A stretch of 64,000 nt of DNA, from NCBI GenBank assembly GCA_964036045.1, contig OZ038379.1, forward strand, positions 56,420,001 through 56,484,000. Reading direction: 5' to 3'. Positions 43,901 through 56,000 of this stretch are shown here, one piece after another. A model generated the notes under the pieces. It was given only the letters and a program-made list of their open reading frames with translations, searched no databases and had not been told where the DNA came from. A program made the position numbers and the translations under genes. Numbering within the stretch: the stretch's first letter is position 1; each line of letters begins with the position of its first letter. Origin of the DNA: Eutreptiella sp. 'Long Island Sound 2002'. Lineage: Eukaryota > Protista > Euglenida.

Positions 43901-46900
43901 TTGCAGGGGGTGACAAACCCGTGGGACCTGCCGGGGATGTGCCGCGCCCTAGTGGCCCCGGGGGTACAGGGCTGGGGATGTGCGGGTAGTCCACCCCCAC
44001 CCAGCGCTGCGAACAACAGTGGCCAACATCGCCTCCCTTTGCTTGCATGCGGCAGAGGTGGCGTCGTGGGGGGTAGAGGTCATTTTCCTTTAGGAGACCA
44101 AGCCCTCCAAGAGGGGGGGGGCGAAAGGCCATGCGCTACTTTTTTGCCAAAAGGGGGTGGCAATGTTTCTGGGGGTGCCCGTTGGATACCCGGGGGGGGG
44201 GGTATGTCGAACACCCCCTAGGGCGGTGTCGCTGGCCTGGTGAGGGAGGGCCTCACTGCGGAGCTGGGGAGGCTCCCCCTCAAGCGCGAGTCCGACCGCT
44301 TGGTGTGGGACCTTTGACATTCCATCCGGTGGGGTGGGTGCATGTGCACGTGGCGCCGGGGGACAGCGCCACCGTGCTGCACGCGGTCTCCGTGTACGGG
44401 GTGGTGGGACACCGCGAGAGCTACGCGGCGGTACGGGAGGACGTGCGGCACCACCTTTTCGGCCTCGGGCACGCCGCGCATATTGCAGTGTTGTGGGGGC
44501 GGATTGCAACTTCCCACTAGGGCGGTTGCGGGACGTGCCGCAGGCGGTGCTCGCCCACCTGCTCACGCGCTGGCTGGTGGACTTGGACCTGGAGTATGCG
44601 GGTTCAGAGGGGCGTTGCCAATGCGGCTACACGCGGGCGGAGGAGGTCGCAACCACACGCATTGATGGGGTGCTGGCGGATCCCCGCACCGCGTCCACCG
44701 TGCAGCGGGTGGAACACATCCCCAGCGAGGGGATCCCGGGGCACCGGGTGGTGCGCTTCAACCTGGCGGTGGAGGTGGCCAGTCAAGAGGTGCTCCGGGC
44801 CGTGCGCCCCCCGCAGGTCATTCTGCCAGAGAGGGAGCTGGACGTGGGGCACGCGCTGGGCAAAGCGCTGCTGTCCCCGCACCAAGGCAAGTGGGAGACA
44901 TTGCTGTGGCGGCCCGGCACCTGGATGAGCAGTGGGCCTTCTGGACGTGGGCGGCGGAAGAGTGCCTGCTCGCGCTGCCCCAAGAGGCACTGACGGACCC
45001 GGGGCAGGTGGACCACGCCAGCCCGCTGCCGCGGGCGTCATTGGGGATGCAACGGGGGCACGGAACCCGGCGGCTGATGAAGCGCGTCACCGTGTGCCGG
45101 CGGCAGCACCGTGTGTCGGGCGCCCCAGCGACGGCCCCGCTGGCCCGCCTTTGGGCAGCACTGGGACCCTGTGGACCCTAATCCGGGGACCTCACGATGC
45201 GGCGGGGGCGCCACGGGTCCTATGCGTGAGCGAGGACCGGGGCCGGCGGGCGCTACGCAAACGCCTTGACGGGCTTGTTGTCACCCTTGTTCTCTCTGTT
45301 CTGCTTGCAGATGACACCGGGTTACATGTAGCGGAGGGGAGGTGCGGGGAGCAGTGCCTACCTGCTGCTGCCGCTGCCCGCAGTGGCCATGGATCCGTGT
45401 TTGGCTTTTCGCACTTGGACTACCACCAGCAACCCCCGTTCCCGTAGCTGCCACTGTGGGAGCTGCAGCTGCCAGGACCGTCGGTGCCCCCGGATTGCGG
45501 AGAGGGCCTGCGAACGCCGGCTCACAGATGAGCTCGAAAAGCTGTAGCGCCTGTTGCAGCAGCAAATTGCAGCACAGACCCGGCGGGAAGAAAAGGAACG
45601 GCGCGAGGCGTAGCAGGCGTGGTTAGCCCGGGAGTGGGGCACGCGGCCGGAGGCGGTGTACCGCTGGTTGCGGGAGGATGCGTTCTCGCTCCTTAGTCGT
45701 GTTCCTGGCCCGACCGGATGGCAACGAGACGACGAACGTCCGCGAGATGGACGGGCTGCTGCATGAGGCCATCAACCGCAAATACGCGGAGGCCCCAGAC
45801 CCGTGCCCGGATGCCTTCATGGCCAAGTATGGGCACCACCTGCAGAAGGTCCCCATGCTGGCCTCGAAGCTAACACAGGGGCACCTGTGCAAATGCCTAT
45901 GGGCCATGTCGCCATCCTCCGTCCTACAGGACCCGTGATCGCTGCCGGACCGCGCATTGGACTGGCTGGCCCAGCTGCTGCAGCTGGTTGAGGACGAGGG
46001 CAAGTGGTCGGGTCCTCGCGGAGGGATACACATCCCTCATCCCGAAACCCGGGGAGGAGAGCCCCCTGGGCACCCGCCCGCTGACGGTCTTGTCCATGGT
46101 CTACCGGCTTTGGGCACGGACCCGGCTGCGGGATGTCTTGCTCTGGCAGGAGGCGTGGGCCCAACCCGAGGCCTACGGCTTCCGCCTCTGCCGGGGGGCC
46201 ATCAACGGGGCAGGGGTCACGGCCGTCCTCCTGGAGCTTGCGCGGCTCAAGGGGTGGAACGTGGCCGGCCTGAACCTGGATTATGTCAAGTGTTTTGACA
46301 TAATCCCGCAGGCCGTGGTGCTGCGGGTGGCCCGGGAGCTGGGCATGGAAAGGGGCACGCTGTAGGCCCTGGCCGCCATGTACCGGCACGTGCGGCGCGC
46401 CTTCCGGCTAGCGCGGGCAGCCTGGGGGAATGGTGGTGGGCCACCAACGGCATCTTGCAGGGATGCCCCCTCAGCATGGTCCTCATCAATCTCCTGACCT
46501 CCATCTGGAAGATCGAGGTTGATGACGTGCGCAAGCATGTGGTGGTCGCCACCCGCCGGCTGCCGCCGCGCAACGTTGCCGCCCTTGCTGGGGATGCCGT
46601 CGCCGTTGGAGCCCCAGGGCGCAGGGATGGTGGCCGTGTGCCCCACGGGGTATGCGGACGACACACAGGCCATCACGTTGGCCCTAGCGGCGGCACCTAT
46701 GGTGGAGGCCTAGGCGGTAACGGACAGCACGGCGGTATGGATGGCCAACACAAGGCAATCGGGCAACGGAGCCAAGTCCACCTCGTGGCTCCTGCGGGTG
46801 CCGCCGGACGGGGTAGCGCCGCTCACGCTGCGCGGGGTTTCCATTACGCTCTCGCGGGATTTTCAGTAGGTGGGCGTGGGGCAGCGCCTAGCAGCGGAGA

Positions 46901-49270
46901 AACTAGCACCGGCCCGAACCTGCGCGGCCGCCTGGACAAGGGTCTGGCTATCACGCGCCGGGTGCGGTGTCTACCCACATTCCACATGAGGGAAGCGGCG
47001 CTGGGCGCCCTGGCCAACTCCGTAGCGCTGTATGGAGTGCAGTTGGCGGATGTCGAGGGGCGCATCCTGTCGTTGGCGGACACGGCGGCAGTCAAGGCGA
47101 TGTGGGGCCCCACGTGGTGCTCGCGGGCCAAGGAAGTCCCTTGGTGCATGCTGGCAAGGGGCTTCTATGTGTCGCCCATGTGGCGCGTGCAATACCAGCG
47201 CCTGCTCTGGCTCGCCTGCAAGGCACCCACGCCGGGCGCCACGCAGACCTTGGTGCAGGCGGTGCTCGAGTGTCGCGACCCGCTGCCCTCCATGGGGCCC
47301 GTGGGCAGGACCCTGCAAGCCGCCAGCCAAATGGGCTGGCAGCGACGTGAAGGCTGGTGGCACTAGGACGTGCCGGGACAGCCGACTTCCCTGCACTAGG
47401 TCCAGGCGGATGAAGGCGACTTTTTCCACTGGGTGCGCGAAAGCCAGCGCTATCGGGCGTTCCGGGAGTTGGAGCGGCGACGGCCGGGCACCTTTGGGGG
47501 GCTAGGCGGTGGCGTGCACCGACAGGCTTGCCGGGAAGGCCTGCAGGTAGCCTCCACGGAGGGCGAGCGCAACATTCAACGGGGGCTGCTGGTAGGGGCC
47601 ACGTTGACGGCGGGCAGCGCGGCGAGGCACGCAATTCTGCGGTCGGACAGGTGCCCCTTCTGCCGCGGGGCGCCGGAGACGGAGCCGCACATTCTGTGGG
47701 AGTGCCCGCGCTAGGAATCGGCGCGCCGGACATGGATGCCATGGGTGCTGCACGAGGCCACGGCACTGCCGGCGCTGGCACTACCGGCGGCCTGGCCGGT
47801 GTGTCTGAGGCACGGGCCTGCTGCCACTTGCTCTAGTGGGCGCGGGCGAAGACGCCCAGGCGTGGCGGCTGTTGTACAGGCTGTACGGTATGTACCTCGC
47901 GGTGCTGTCGGCCTGCCGCGCGGCGGAGGAGGCGGCTGGCCGGAGACCTGGCCTCCACGGTTTCTGGCCCAGCGCAAGGTCGGGGCCCGGACTCGCGGCA
48001 AGGATACGGGTGGGAGCAGATGGCGGATGGACCGCTGCGCCCCGCCCCAGCGTGGGACCCCTTGCAACTGCCGCAGGGCCCGCTGGTGGGACGGGAGTGG
48101 GAGCGCGGCTTTGCGGAGGCCCTGGTGCGCTGGGCCTCAGCGCTACAGTGGGTACTGGGCTCAGGCCAGGTCACCTACGCTAAGCTGGCCCTGAACTTCG
48201 AGTCCCATAGCAACCAGGCGCTGCTGGCCAGGCCAGGCCATCGGCACGCACGCCAGGTGCTGTCGCTGTAGGAGCGGGCACGAGTGCTGCGGGAGGCGGC
48301 AGACTTGCTGCAGCCCCTGCTCGCCGGCGGGATCCTACTCGAGGGGCGCTTTCGGTAGATGTGCGCCTCTGTGGTGCCCCTAGGGGGCTTCCGCAGCATG
48401 GGGCGCACGGAGCGGCGAGTGTTCGCGTGCCGACCCGACATGCGGCAGCACATGCAGCAGCTCCAACTGCACTGCCTGGAGCTGTGGACGTGCCGGCTGT
48501 TGACCCCAAGGGGCGGCCGCAAGGACTACTTCCTTGCAGGGTACTTGCCGCGCTGCCCAGGGGGAGGGGCCCCGGCGCGCCCGTACGAGATCGTGCGCGC
48601 GCAGCGCCTGAGGGCAGTGGGTGTGGCCCAACCGCGGCCGCCACCGTTGGGGGACGTCACGCCGGCGCCGTGCCGCCTTTGCCCAGTCCACCTGCAGCCG
48701 CAGTGCGAGCAGTGCAGGCTGGCGCGACGGGGATGGGCGCACTGTTGCACGCGGGGGCACGAGGGCCAACCAGCAGCCGTGGCTGGCGCCCCCAGAGCCA
48801 CCACTTGAGCCGCCAGCCAAGCGCCCCTGCGTGGCGCCGCTACCGGCGGCAGCGGGCCGCCGCCAGCGGCTGGATTGCCGCTGCCGCCAGCGGCTAGATT
48901 GCCGCTCGCCCAGCCCACCATCACGCTGCGGCCGAGTGCAAAGTACTCTGCCCTGGGGGGGAATACCGCCCCTCCTCCCCCACGGGATCCAGCGGGCGCC
49001 CCAGCATGGGGGGGGGGGGGGGCAACTGGATCGGGCGGAGAGCCTCGGTGGCTCGGAACTCATGGGGCTATGAGGGCAGCTATACCCCCCCCCCCCTTCC
49101 CCCGGTGGCAGCACCGCCCCGCGGCGGAGCCCGGGGAGGTGCGACCCATGAGCGACGTTTTTTCCGCGATATCGCGTGCACTGATAGCGTCCCGGGCGCC
49201 GCCGGGCTCCCCTCTACCCCCTCCATCCCCCCCAATTTGCGATGCTTTTTGCCCCGAGGATTGGCCTTTG
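40950..49270 (+). mobile_element. Degenerate near-full-length LINE (ORF1 remnant, APE, RT, zf-RVT, Cys-rich C-terminus) with many stops and frameshifts
   Basis: VIFL*ETK, GADCN, TRIDGVL; LIPKPG..GTRPLTVLS, LDYVKCFD, GILQGCPLS, GYADD; CPFCRG..ETEPHILWECP. Confidence 0.85.
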
Positions 49271-49335
49271 TGATACCGAAAATCAAGATCTGCACCCATT
49301 GCAAACAGTCTTAGGGCCCCATGGACATGTAAAAT

Positions 49336-49388
49336 TGTGTGTGTGTGTGTGGGTGTGGGTGTGGGTGTGGGTGTGGGTGTGGGTGTGC
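49336..49388. repeat. (TG)n/(GGGTGT)n microsatellite
   Basis: Direct reading. Confidence 0.9.
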
Positions 49389-50262
49389 TGTGTTCTATTA
49401 ACGAGGGTTGAAGGCTTTTAATGTCCTGGCCGCTCTTGCGACGGGAGGTATTCTGTTAACGAGGGCAAGGGCTGATTAAAGTCCTGGACGATGTGCGACG
49501 GGTTAGGCAAGGGGGTTAAGGGTTAGGGGCCGGCTCCCCCCCCCCCGCCCCCCACCCACCCCTGGTGCCGCGGCGCGACGGAAGGACTGGGCGCCCAGGG
49601 TCAAGTGTCTACCCCCTCTGCCCTCCCATGGCCGCGGCGCGGGCTCCCCAAACGCCCTGTGGGCGCCGGCATGGCGCCCGAGCCCTGCGAAGCTGCCTCC
49701 CCATTGTCGGCGTCGCTGCCCAGGGGGGGGGGGGGGAGGCCGCGCACCGGCCCCCCAGCCCAAACATCGTGCGCTGGCGCGCACCTCCCGCTGCTGGCAC
49801 CAGTCGAGGGTGCCCCTCGTGGTGCCTTGAGCAGCAATGCCGCACCCCCCGGTGCCCCCTGCATGACTTGCATGCGGGGGCCCTATGCGCGTCGCACAGG
49901 GTCTGCATGGGGCGTCGCTTGCTCCACCCTCCTCGCTCCAGCCTGCTGCGCCGGTGGCGGCATGTGCGGCTGTGGGTCCCTGCCGCCCGGCGCCTGTGGC
50001 GCTGCACCATCCGGCGCTAGTGCCTCCGCGCCCGAGTCTCGCGCCGGCTGCACCTGCGCAGCCTCCTGAGGGGGCGACAGTGGGGAGGGTAATGGGGGGG
50101 CGGAGGCTGGCGCCTTCCCCATCATGCTGCCTACCCCTCCTCCCTGCCCCTCTCCCGTGCAGCGCATCGCAAACAGCCCTTTTCGCATGGTCCTTTTGCC
50201 TTTATGCAAAATCATCCTTCACTGCATATAGTTCTCCACGTGTCCCTTGTCTGTGCCCATAG

Positions 50263-51002
50263 TCTATTATGGCCTTCGACGCTCTCGTGGATTACTTGCG
50301 CACGGCGGGGCCATCCACCTTCTTTGGTGTGAACGCTATCATTTCTGCAGTGGCAATCATCCCAGGGGGTGCGTCAGGTATGCCATGCTCCGATGGAATG
50401 TCAGTCAGGTTGATAAGGTGCATATTTGGGTGTGTGCATCTGTTCCAGATGTCCAAGGTGTGCATTCTCGAGGTTCGGTGTCACTATTGCCCTTTGTGTT
50501 TTGTGTGCAAGGTGCGGTGAAGTCAGGGTTACTGAGTATGCAATTTATGTCCTTTGCCGTTTCAAAATGGGTTTGCCATCTTTGCAGTGCATGCGCTGTG
50601 TGCGTGTGTCTGTTTGCGGTTGGAGAAGCATTTGTTTTTCCATTGGGGATGCATGAGGATGTACCGTTTATTGAGTTGTGGAGCCGGGACGCAGCCATGG
50701 CCACGATGCCAGAAGGTCAGGACTGAGCAATTTGGCGTCCTCTTTGAAACCCACACATTGAAGTGTGATTTGCGTCATCTGCCCACTCCTGTGACTGCAT
50801 TGATGTGCTGCAGGGATTTGCATCAGTGCAGGGGCCCTCTACGGGCTTTTGTTTGGCACGTTATTGTATGTACTATCATCCGCTGTGGGCGCTTTGTTGT
50901 CCTTTGTTGTGGCACGTTCCGCAGCACGGCCTCTGGTTCAAAAGTCCTTGAAGAGCTATGACAAGAAACTGAAGGCCTTGGATGTGGCAGTCCGCAAAGA
51001 GG
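50263..51002 (+). CDS. Two exons (50263-50377 and 50814-51002) of a TVP38/TMEM64 (DedA/VTT, SNARE-associated) membrane protein gene
   Basis: AG|TCT ATT ATG...TCA G|GTATGC and CAG|GG ATT...GAG G|GTATAT splice in phase 1. The product is AFDALVDYLRTAGPSTFFGVNAIISAVAIIPGGASGICISAGALYGLLFGTLLYVLSSAVGALLSFVVARSAARPLVQKSL...LDVAVRKEG, showing the typical P..AG.L.G...G....GA..SF..AR pattern. Other exons were not found. Confidence 0.8.
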
Positions 51003-51571
51003 GTATATGTGCTACTGGTTAGTGTTTGGTGGTCCGTGGGAAAGCTCACAATCTCATGAAAATTAGACCCTCAACACAGGCAGGGGTTTTGTTTATTGGA
51101 CTGCCTGAAGGTAGCCACCAGTACTGCCGCCCCAAAGCCACCTCCTCTAGGGTCACCATCAACTTGCTTGGGTCAAGTTGCCAAAGTGGCAAATCGACAT
51201 GTGCCTACCAGCAGCCCCGTCCCTGCCAGCCACTTCCAACCGAGTCTCACTTACCATTCCCGGCCACAGCAACCCACAACAATTTTTGCGCAAACCCACC
51301 CAAAACATGCACCACATTGGCTCAGCTCCCCAGCTCAACCTAGCCTCAACCCAACACAGGGCCTCTGGTGTGAGGGTTGCCGAGGGTGAACACTAGGAAT
51401 TTAGGTGGCCAAGTTTTTGGCTAAGGCACTGGAAATCTTCAATTCCGCTGGCAAGTTGTGCTACCACTTGTTGCTGACATGTAAGTGTGCCCAGCCTTGC
51501 TCGGAATTTTAGAATTTTGCAAGGTGATGTTTTCGCGATCATGGACACCACATCTTTACTATGCCAAGAAA

Positions 51572-51655
51572 TCACCTCGAAGAGAGGTTGTTAGATCAAG
51601 CGCAGGCGCGGGCGTCGTATACCCCCCTTTTTTGGGGTCATTCGTGTAGCATACA
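51572..51655 (+). repeat. Dispersed repeat also present at ~63405-63490
   Basis: ACCTCGAAGAGA.GTT.TT.GATCAAGCGCA...TTTTGGGGTCATT in both places. Confidence 0.6.
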
Positions 51656-52869
51656 CGTAAAGCAAAAATGACCAAAGGTCAAAATTAGCAAAAGGTGCCC
51701 ATTTTTTGGTTAATTTTTTTTGGTAATATTTTTGTACCGTAGCAAAGGGGACGTCATCCTTCCCTGCCACGATGCAACACAAAGCAATGGGAAACCCATG
51801 TGAGTCGCACCATACATGGTTTTTACTAAACGGCGGGGCAAATGGTTGTGGTGTGATCCAACCAACAGCCATCCCACACATATTTGGAGCAAGAGAGACA
51901 CTTTCGTGCAGTCAAAGAACCACACTCACAGGGGTGTTGTGTCTCTTCACCATGAAGCTTCTTGAGAGCGTCGAACATGGGTTCGATAGAGGGCACATCT
52001 CCCCATAGGGCTCGCGGAATCGTCGCGGAATCTTGGGTCCCAGGAATCGAGGGGAAACCACAATTACCAAAACAACCTTAATTTTGGGTTAATTTTTTTG
52101 GGAAATATTTTTTTTGGGTAATATTTGCCTTGGGCAATTTTTGCTTGGACTGTACCCCAAGGCATGATATTTGATGTCCAACCCCTTGTAAAATCATTAA
52201 TTTGCCCAAAAAGACAATCCCCCAATGGATTTTTGATTCTGAGGCCTCTATCCCCTAAAACTGGATATCACTTTTTTGAGGGGGGGGGTTGGGGGTGGGG
52301 GGGAAGAGGTCAAAAGTTTTCGCTCAGAAGACTCCAAGCAGTGGGGAGGCACACCGCTGTCACATCAACCCTCGGTCGAATGGTAACGCAGCCCACTGCG
52401 GAATTTTTTTCAGCCGTTCGAATCCTGGACGGTCGACTGTCGTCGTCGGCGCCGCCGCCATGTTCGCCAAACCAGAGTTCGAACCGCCGACCAAAAAGTC
52501 TGCCGTCGGCTGCATTACCATTCGGCCACTGCTTGCCCTGACTCTGGATTACCTCTGCACTGCTTGCAGCCGAGTGTGCCACTGACAAAAAACCTAAACG
52601 GTGTGTTTCTTTCTGACTGACTGCCGGCCTGCCTAACTGGCTGATTGGCTGACTGTCAGCCTCTCTTCGAGGTGCACTGCCGAAGGCAATAGAATTTTCC
52701 CATTGAAACAGCTTCCATTTGGATTGTGTATTGGAGGTATGTGACCCAATCCATTGTGGCTCAGTGGTTTCTCTACAGGGTCAAGCACTTTGCCGACTCT
52801 GTCCGCTTCAATCTCCAGCAACTTTAGTACTTTGCATGCCTTGGTGCCACACGTACACAACCAAGCGCT

Positions 52870-53070
52870 ATAGTGAAGCGAAATGAGTGGCAAAAGCACT
52901 TTGCCCATACAGACATAGGGAGCACATCTGCAAACACAAGCAATTTTGTAGAACAGCGAGCTCGCAATAGGATTTATGTTGCGTTCAAATTTTGTTCACA
53001 TTTTGGACAACATGTGGCCCAGGGAGGTATGGCCACCAAGTCTAGCAAAGATTTACCATGTGACGGGTGA
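52870..53070 (+). pseudogene. Possible APE endonuclease C-terminal fragment
   Basis: RARNRIYVAF...SKDLPC is loosely like RIDRIYV...SDHLPV; weak. Confidence 0.3.
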
Positions 53071-56000
53071 TGGGTGGGTACCACAAGCCCCCTACACGTT
53101 GACTCATACGAACCGCCCCCCCCCCCTCGGAAGAGTTAGTATGCTGTCGACTCCTTGCATGCGCCACGCTATGCATGCGGAGCAAGCATGTCTCACTTGC
53201 AAAGAACCCCACAAGTCCGTCCACACGTGCTGTGCCAATGGGCATCGCATGGACAGCTAAAGGCCACATAACCCCAAGCATGTGTTGCACACACCATGGG
53301 TGTGCCCTAGATGCACAATTAAACAACATGGTGTGTATTGGTGCTATGCAAGTAGCTACCATTAGGTGGACGCACCTATGCACCGGACGAAAAGACCGCG
53401 TCCTACAACCGCCATACACCATGGCTTTCTGTAGCCCCACCCTAGGAATCACCACGATGGATGCACACAAACGGCATTAGACAGCTGGAGGTCACCACAT
53501 ATTCCACCCACTCCCCTAGCCCTTCGGCGCCTAAGACCGAAGTTGCCATAGGCTCCTTCTCTCAAAACTCCACTGCTACGCATGGGCAGTGAGCAAGGCA
53601 TAAGTCCAAGCACTGCTGTGGTGCAAACATAGCCGCGAAGTGGTGATCTATGATAGCGCACGCTATGCATTTTTTGAATGATCGTGGGCATCACGCACAC
53701 ACACGCACACACACATGTGGTTTTTCCATTTTTTTTGCTGCCATGCAATTGTTGCTCAATTGCTAATGTTCTCCGGTCAGGACACCGAGACCACGGGCTG
53801 ACACTCCGACACTCCAACATCTTTTCGTCTTGTATTGCTTCTAGTAGAAGCTGCAATATGTCTACAACATCCAAACACGGTCATGGGTGACACGCACGAG
53901 CAATCGTGTAATTGTAGCGCCACCTTGCCGCCTGCAAGGCTGTCAGTAGCCGCTCTCATTATCATGCGCTATGAAACCACCGACCCCCTTCGCTTCACAA
54001 GATTCTTTAGCTCTCCCCCCTTAAGCACAATCACACCCGCCACAACAGATTTGCTTGCCAAGTGATAGTACCTTTGGAACGCAATTGTTGGTCAAAGTTG
54101 ATCACTGAAGTTGAGGCATTCACACCGAGCATCTGCAGCTGTGGGGACCCCAGACAAGCTTGAGTCGCAAAATGCGCAAGCGAAACAACTAGCGGTGCAG
54201 GGAGTCAAGTTTATAGATCATCGCGCGAACCGGGAGATTTGGGAGTATGGCAGGCCGTGAACCCTGAAGCAAGCCCAGCCACTATTAAACACTTGAATGG
54301 CACAATTTCTTGATTTAATGTGCCCCTTCCTGGGATGGGAACACCACATTCCGTATGCACGGCCAGGCCTCAAGGTAAAGGAAAAGACCAAGGGCTTGCT
54401 TGGAAACTCGTTGGGGGTTATCACCGACCCATCTTGCACATAATGGAGTGGTGTGGCCGTTTTGTGGCGAACAAATAGCGTTTTCAATGGGGCAACGTCA
54501 ATTTCCGGTGATGGGGGCATTGCTACAGGACAGGGAAGCGCAGCCCCGTATTGTTTTCTTGTGCCATTTGCACACTCACCCCTCCCTTCGGTAATTAATG
54601 TGGACATGAACCCTGAAATTAAGACCACTCTTCCCAAGATTGGCAGTTGTCACACTTTGTGCTCATAATTTTGCATTCCTCCTTGAATGGCATAATCTGC
54701 GTACTTTCTAGACTGGATAGGCAGTGTGAGAATCACATACCATTACTAGAGCAAGAGATCACAAGCTCAAACATTATGGCACCAATGGGCGTGTTGGATG
54801 TCTTGAGAACAATGTACAAAGAGCTTGAGGATGAAATGGGGTGGAGGCCACACGACAGCTGTAGCGATAGATAGCGACAGATGATTCTGGTCTCGTGAAA
54901 GCCTTTTTTGGTACACTGCTGGGTCCATCGTACCATGTGGCGGTTATTGTGAAAGTGTGCCTCTCCCTCTCCTTCAAGCTTTGATACATTTGGGATTTCC
55001 CCTGCCATCCGTTGCATGATGACACTTTTAACAAAGGGACCACATCTATTTTTCAAGACACACGGGGGCTTCAAGGGGCGGTGTGTCGGCAATCCGTCCC
55101 CGGGTGCAAGCGCGGGCACGGGACATGGCCAAACACACGCAGGGCCGGAACAAAGGAATTCTACAAACACAACTAGAGCTAGCTAATCCGTCCACGGAGT
55201 GCCTAAGCCCAGGGGTGGTGCGGCTGCTGCAACACATGGGGATGGACAAGCTTTAGAGGGTGGTGCAAGAGGGCAAAAGCGAGATACACGAAGCAGAGCT
55301 TAGGGTAACATTACAACAATCCTTAATCCCCTTGCCACAGTTGACAGAGACCTAGTCAAAGTGGGTCCGAACAAGAGACAACGAACGAGTGGGTCCGAAC
55401 AAGTGCAACAAATGCAAATCAAAAGGCATATGTCCAATTTGAAAGATACATTGGTTATTTGTTTTTCCGACAATCCGAAGTAGCTGCGGAATTTGTGAAG
55501 TTTCGGACAAACACCCGCAAATCTTAGCAACATTGCATTGTCTGATAGTTGCAGTGTTGATGAGGATGTGGTCACCGTCGGAGGTATCTTTCTTGCATCG
55601 GTGACGTTCATATTGGGGGCGCCACGGACGTATTCCGTAGCATGTTTCGTTTTTTAGGGCGGACATTTGACGGTAAGCAGGTATATGGTACTGCTAAGGC
55701 GGCGCTTGCGACGGAACATGCCATCCCCGTACCAAGTCAATTTTCGCCCCTATGAGGACGACCAATGATCCAAGCTTGTTTCGGTGGACGGGATGCTTTG
55801 ATGTGGAACGTGAGTTTCGGATTGGGATTTTTTTTCTTTTGATGGCCAAATGGATGCCAAGGGTGGTTGGGTCATTGCACTAGGCACTTTGTTTGCCCGT
55901 GTGCAAACCGCACAAGTGCCAAATTGTCCCCTTTTGGGTGCACAGTTGTGCGCCGGCGTGGCACGTTCTAGTGTGTGGCCCGTGGAAGCAAGAAACTTAT

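Noticed and set aside
49456-49500. Hammerhead-like CTGATTA...GTCC/GGAC
   Set aside because: The core deviates from CUGANGA and GAAA is absent in both copies.
49500-49528. Telomeric TTAGGG repeats
   Set aside because: Only two or three degenerate units, inside a dispersed repeat.
50449-50511. Extra phase-1 exon in the DedA-like gene
   Set aside because: It has AG/GT borders, but inserting it disrupts the otherwise continuous VTT motif.
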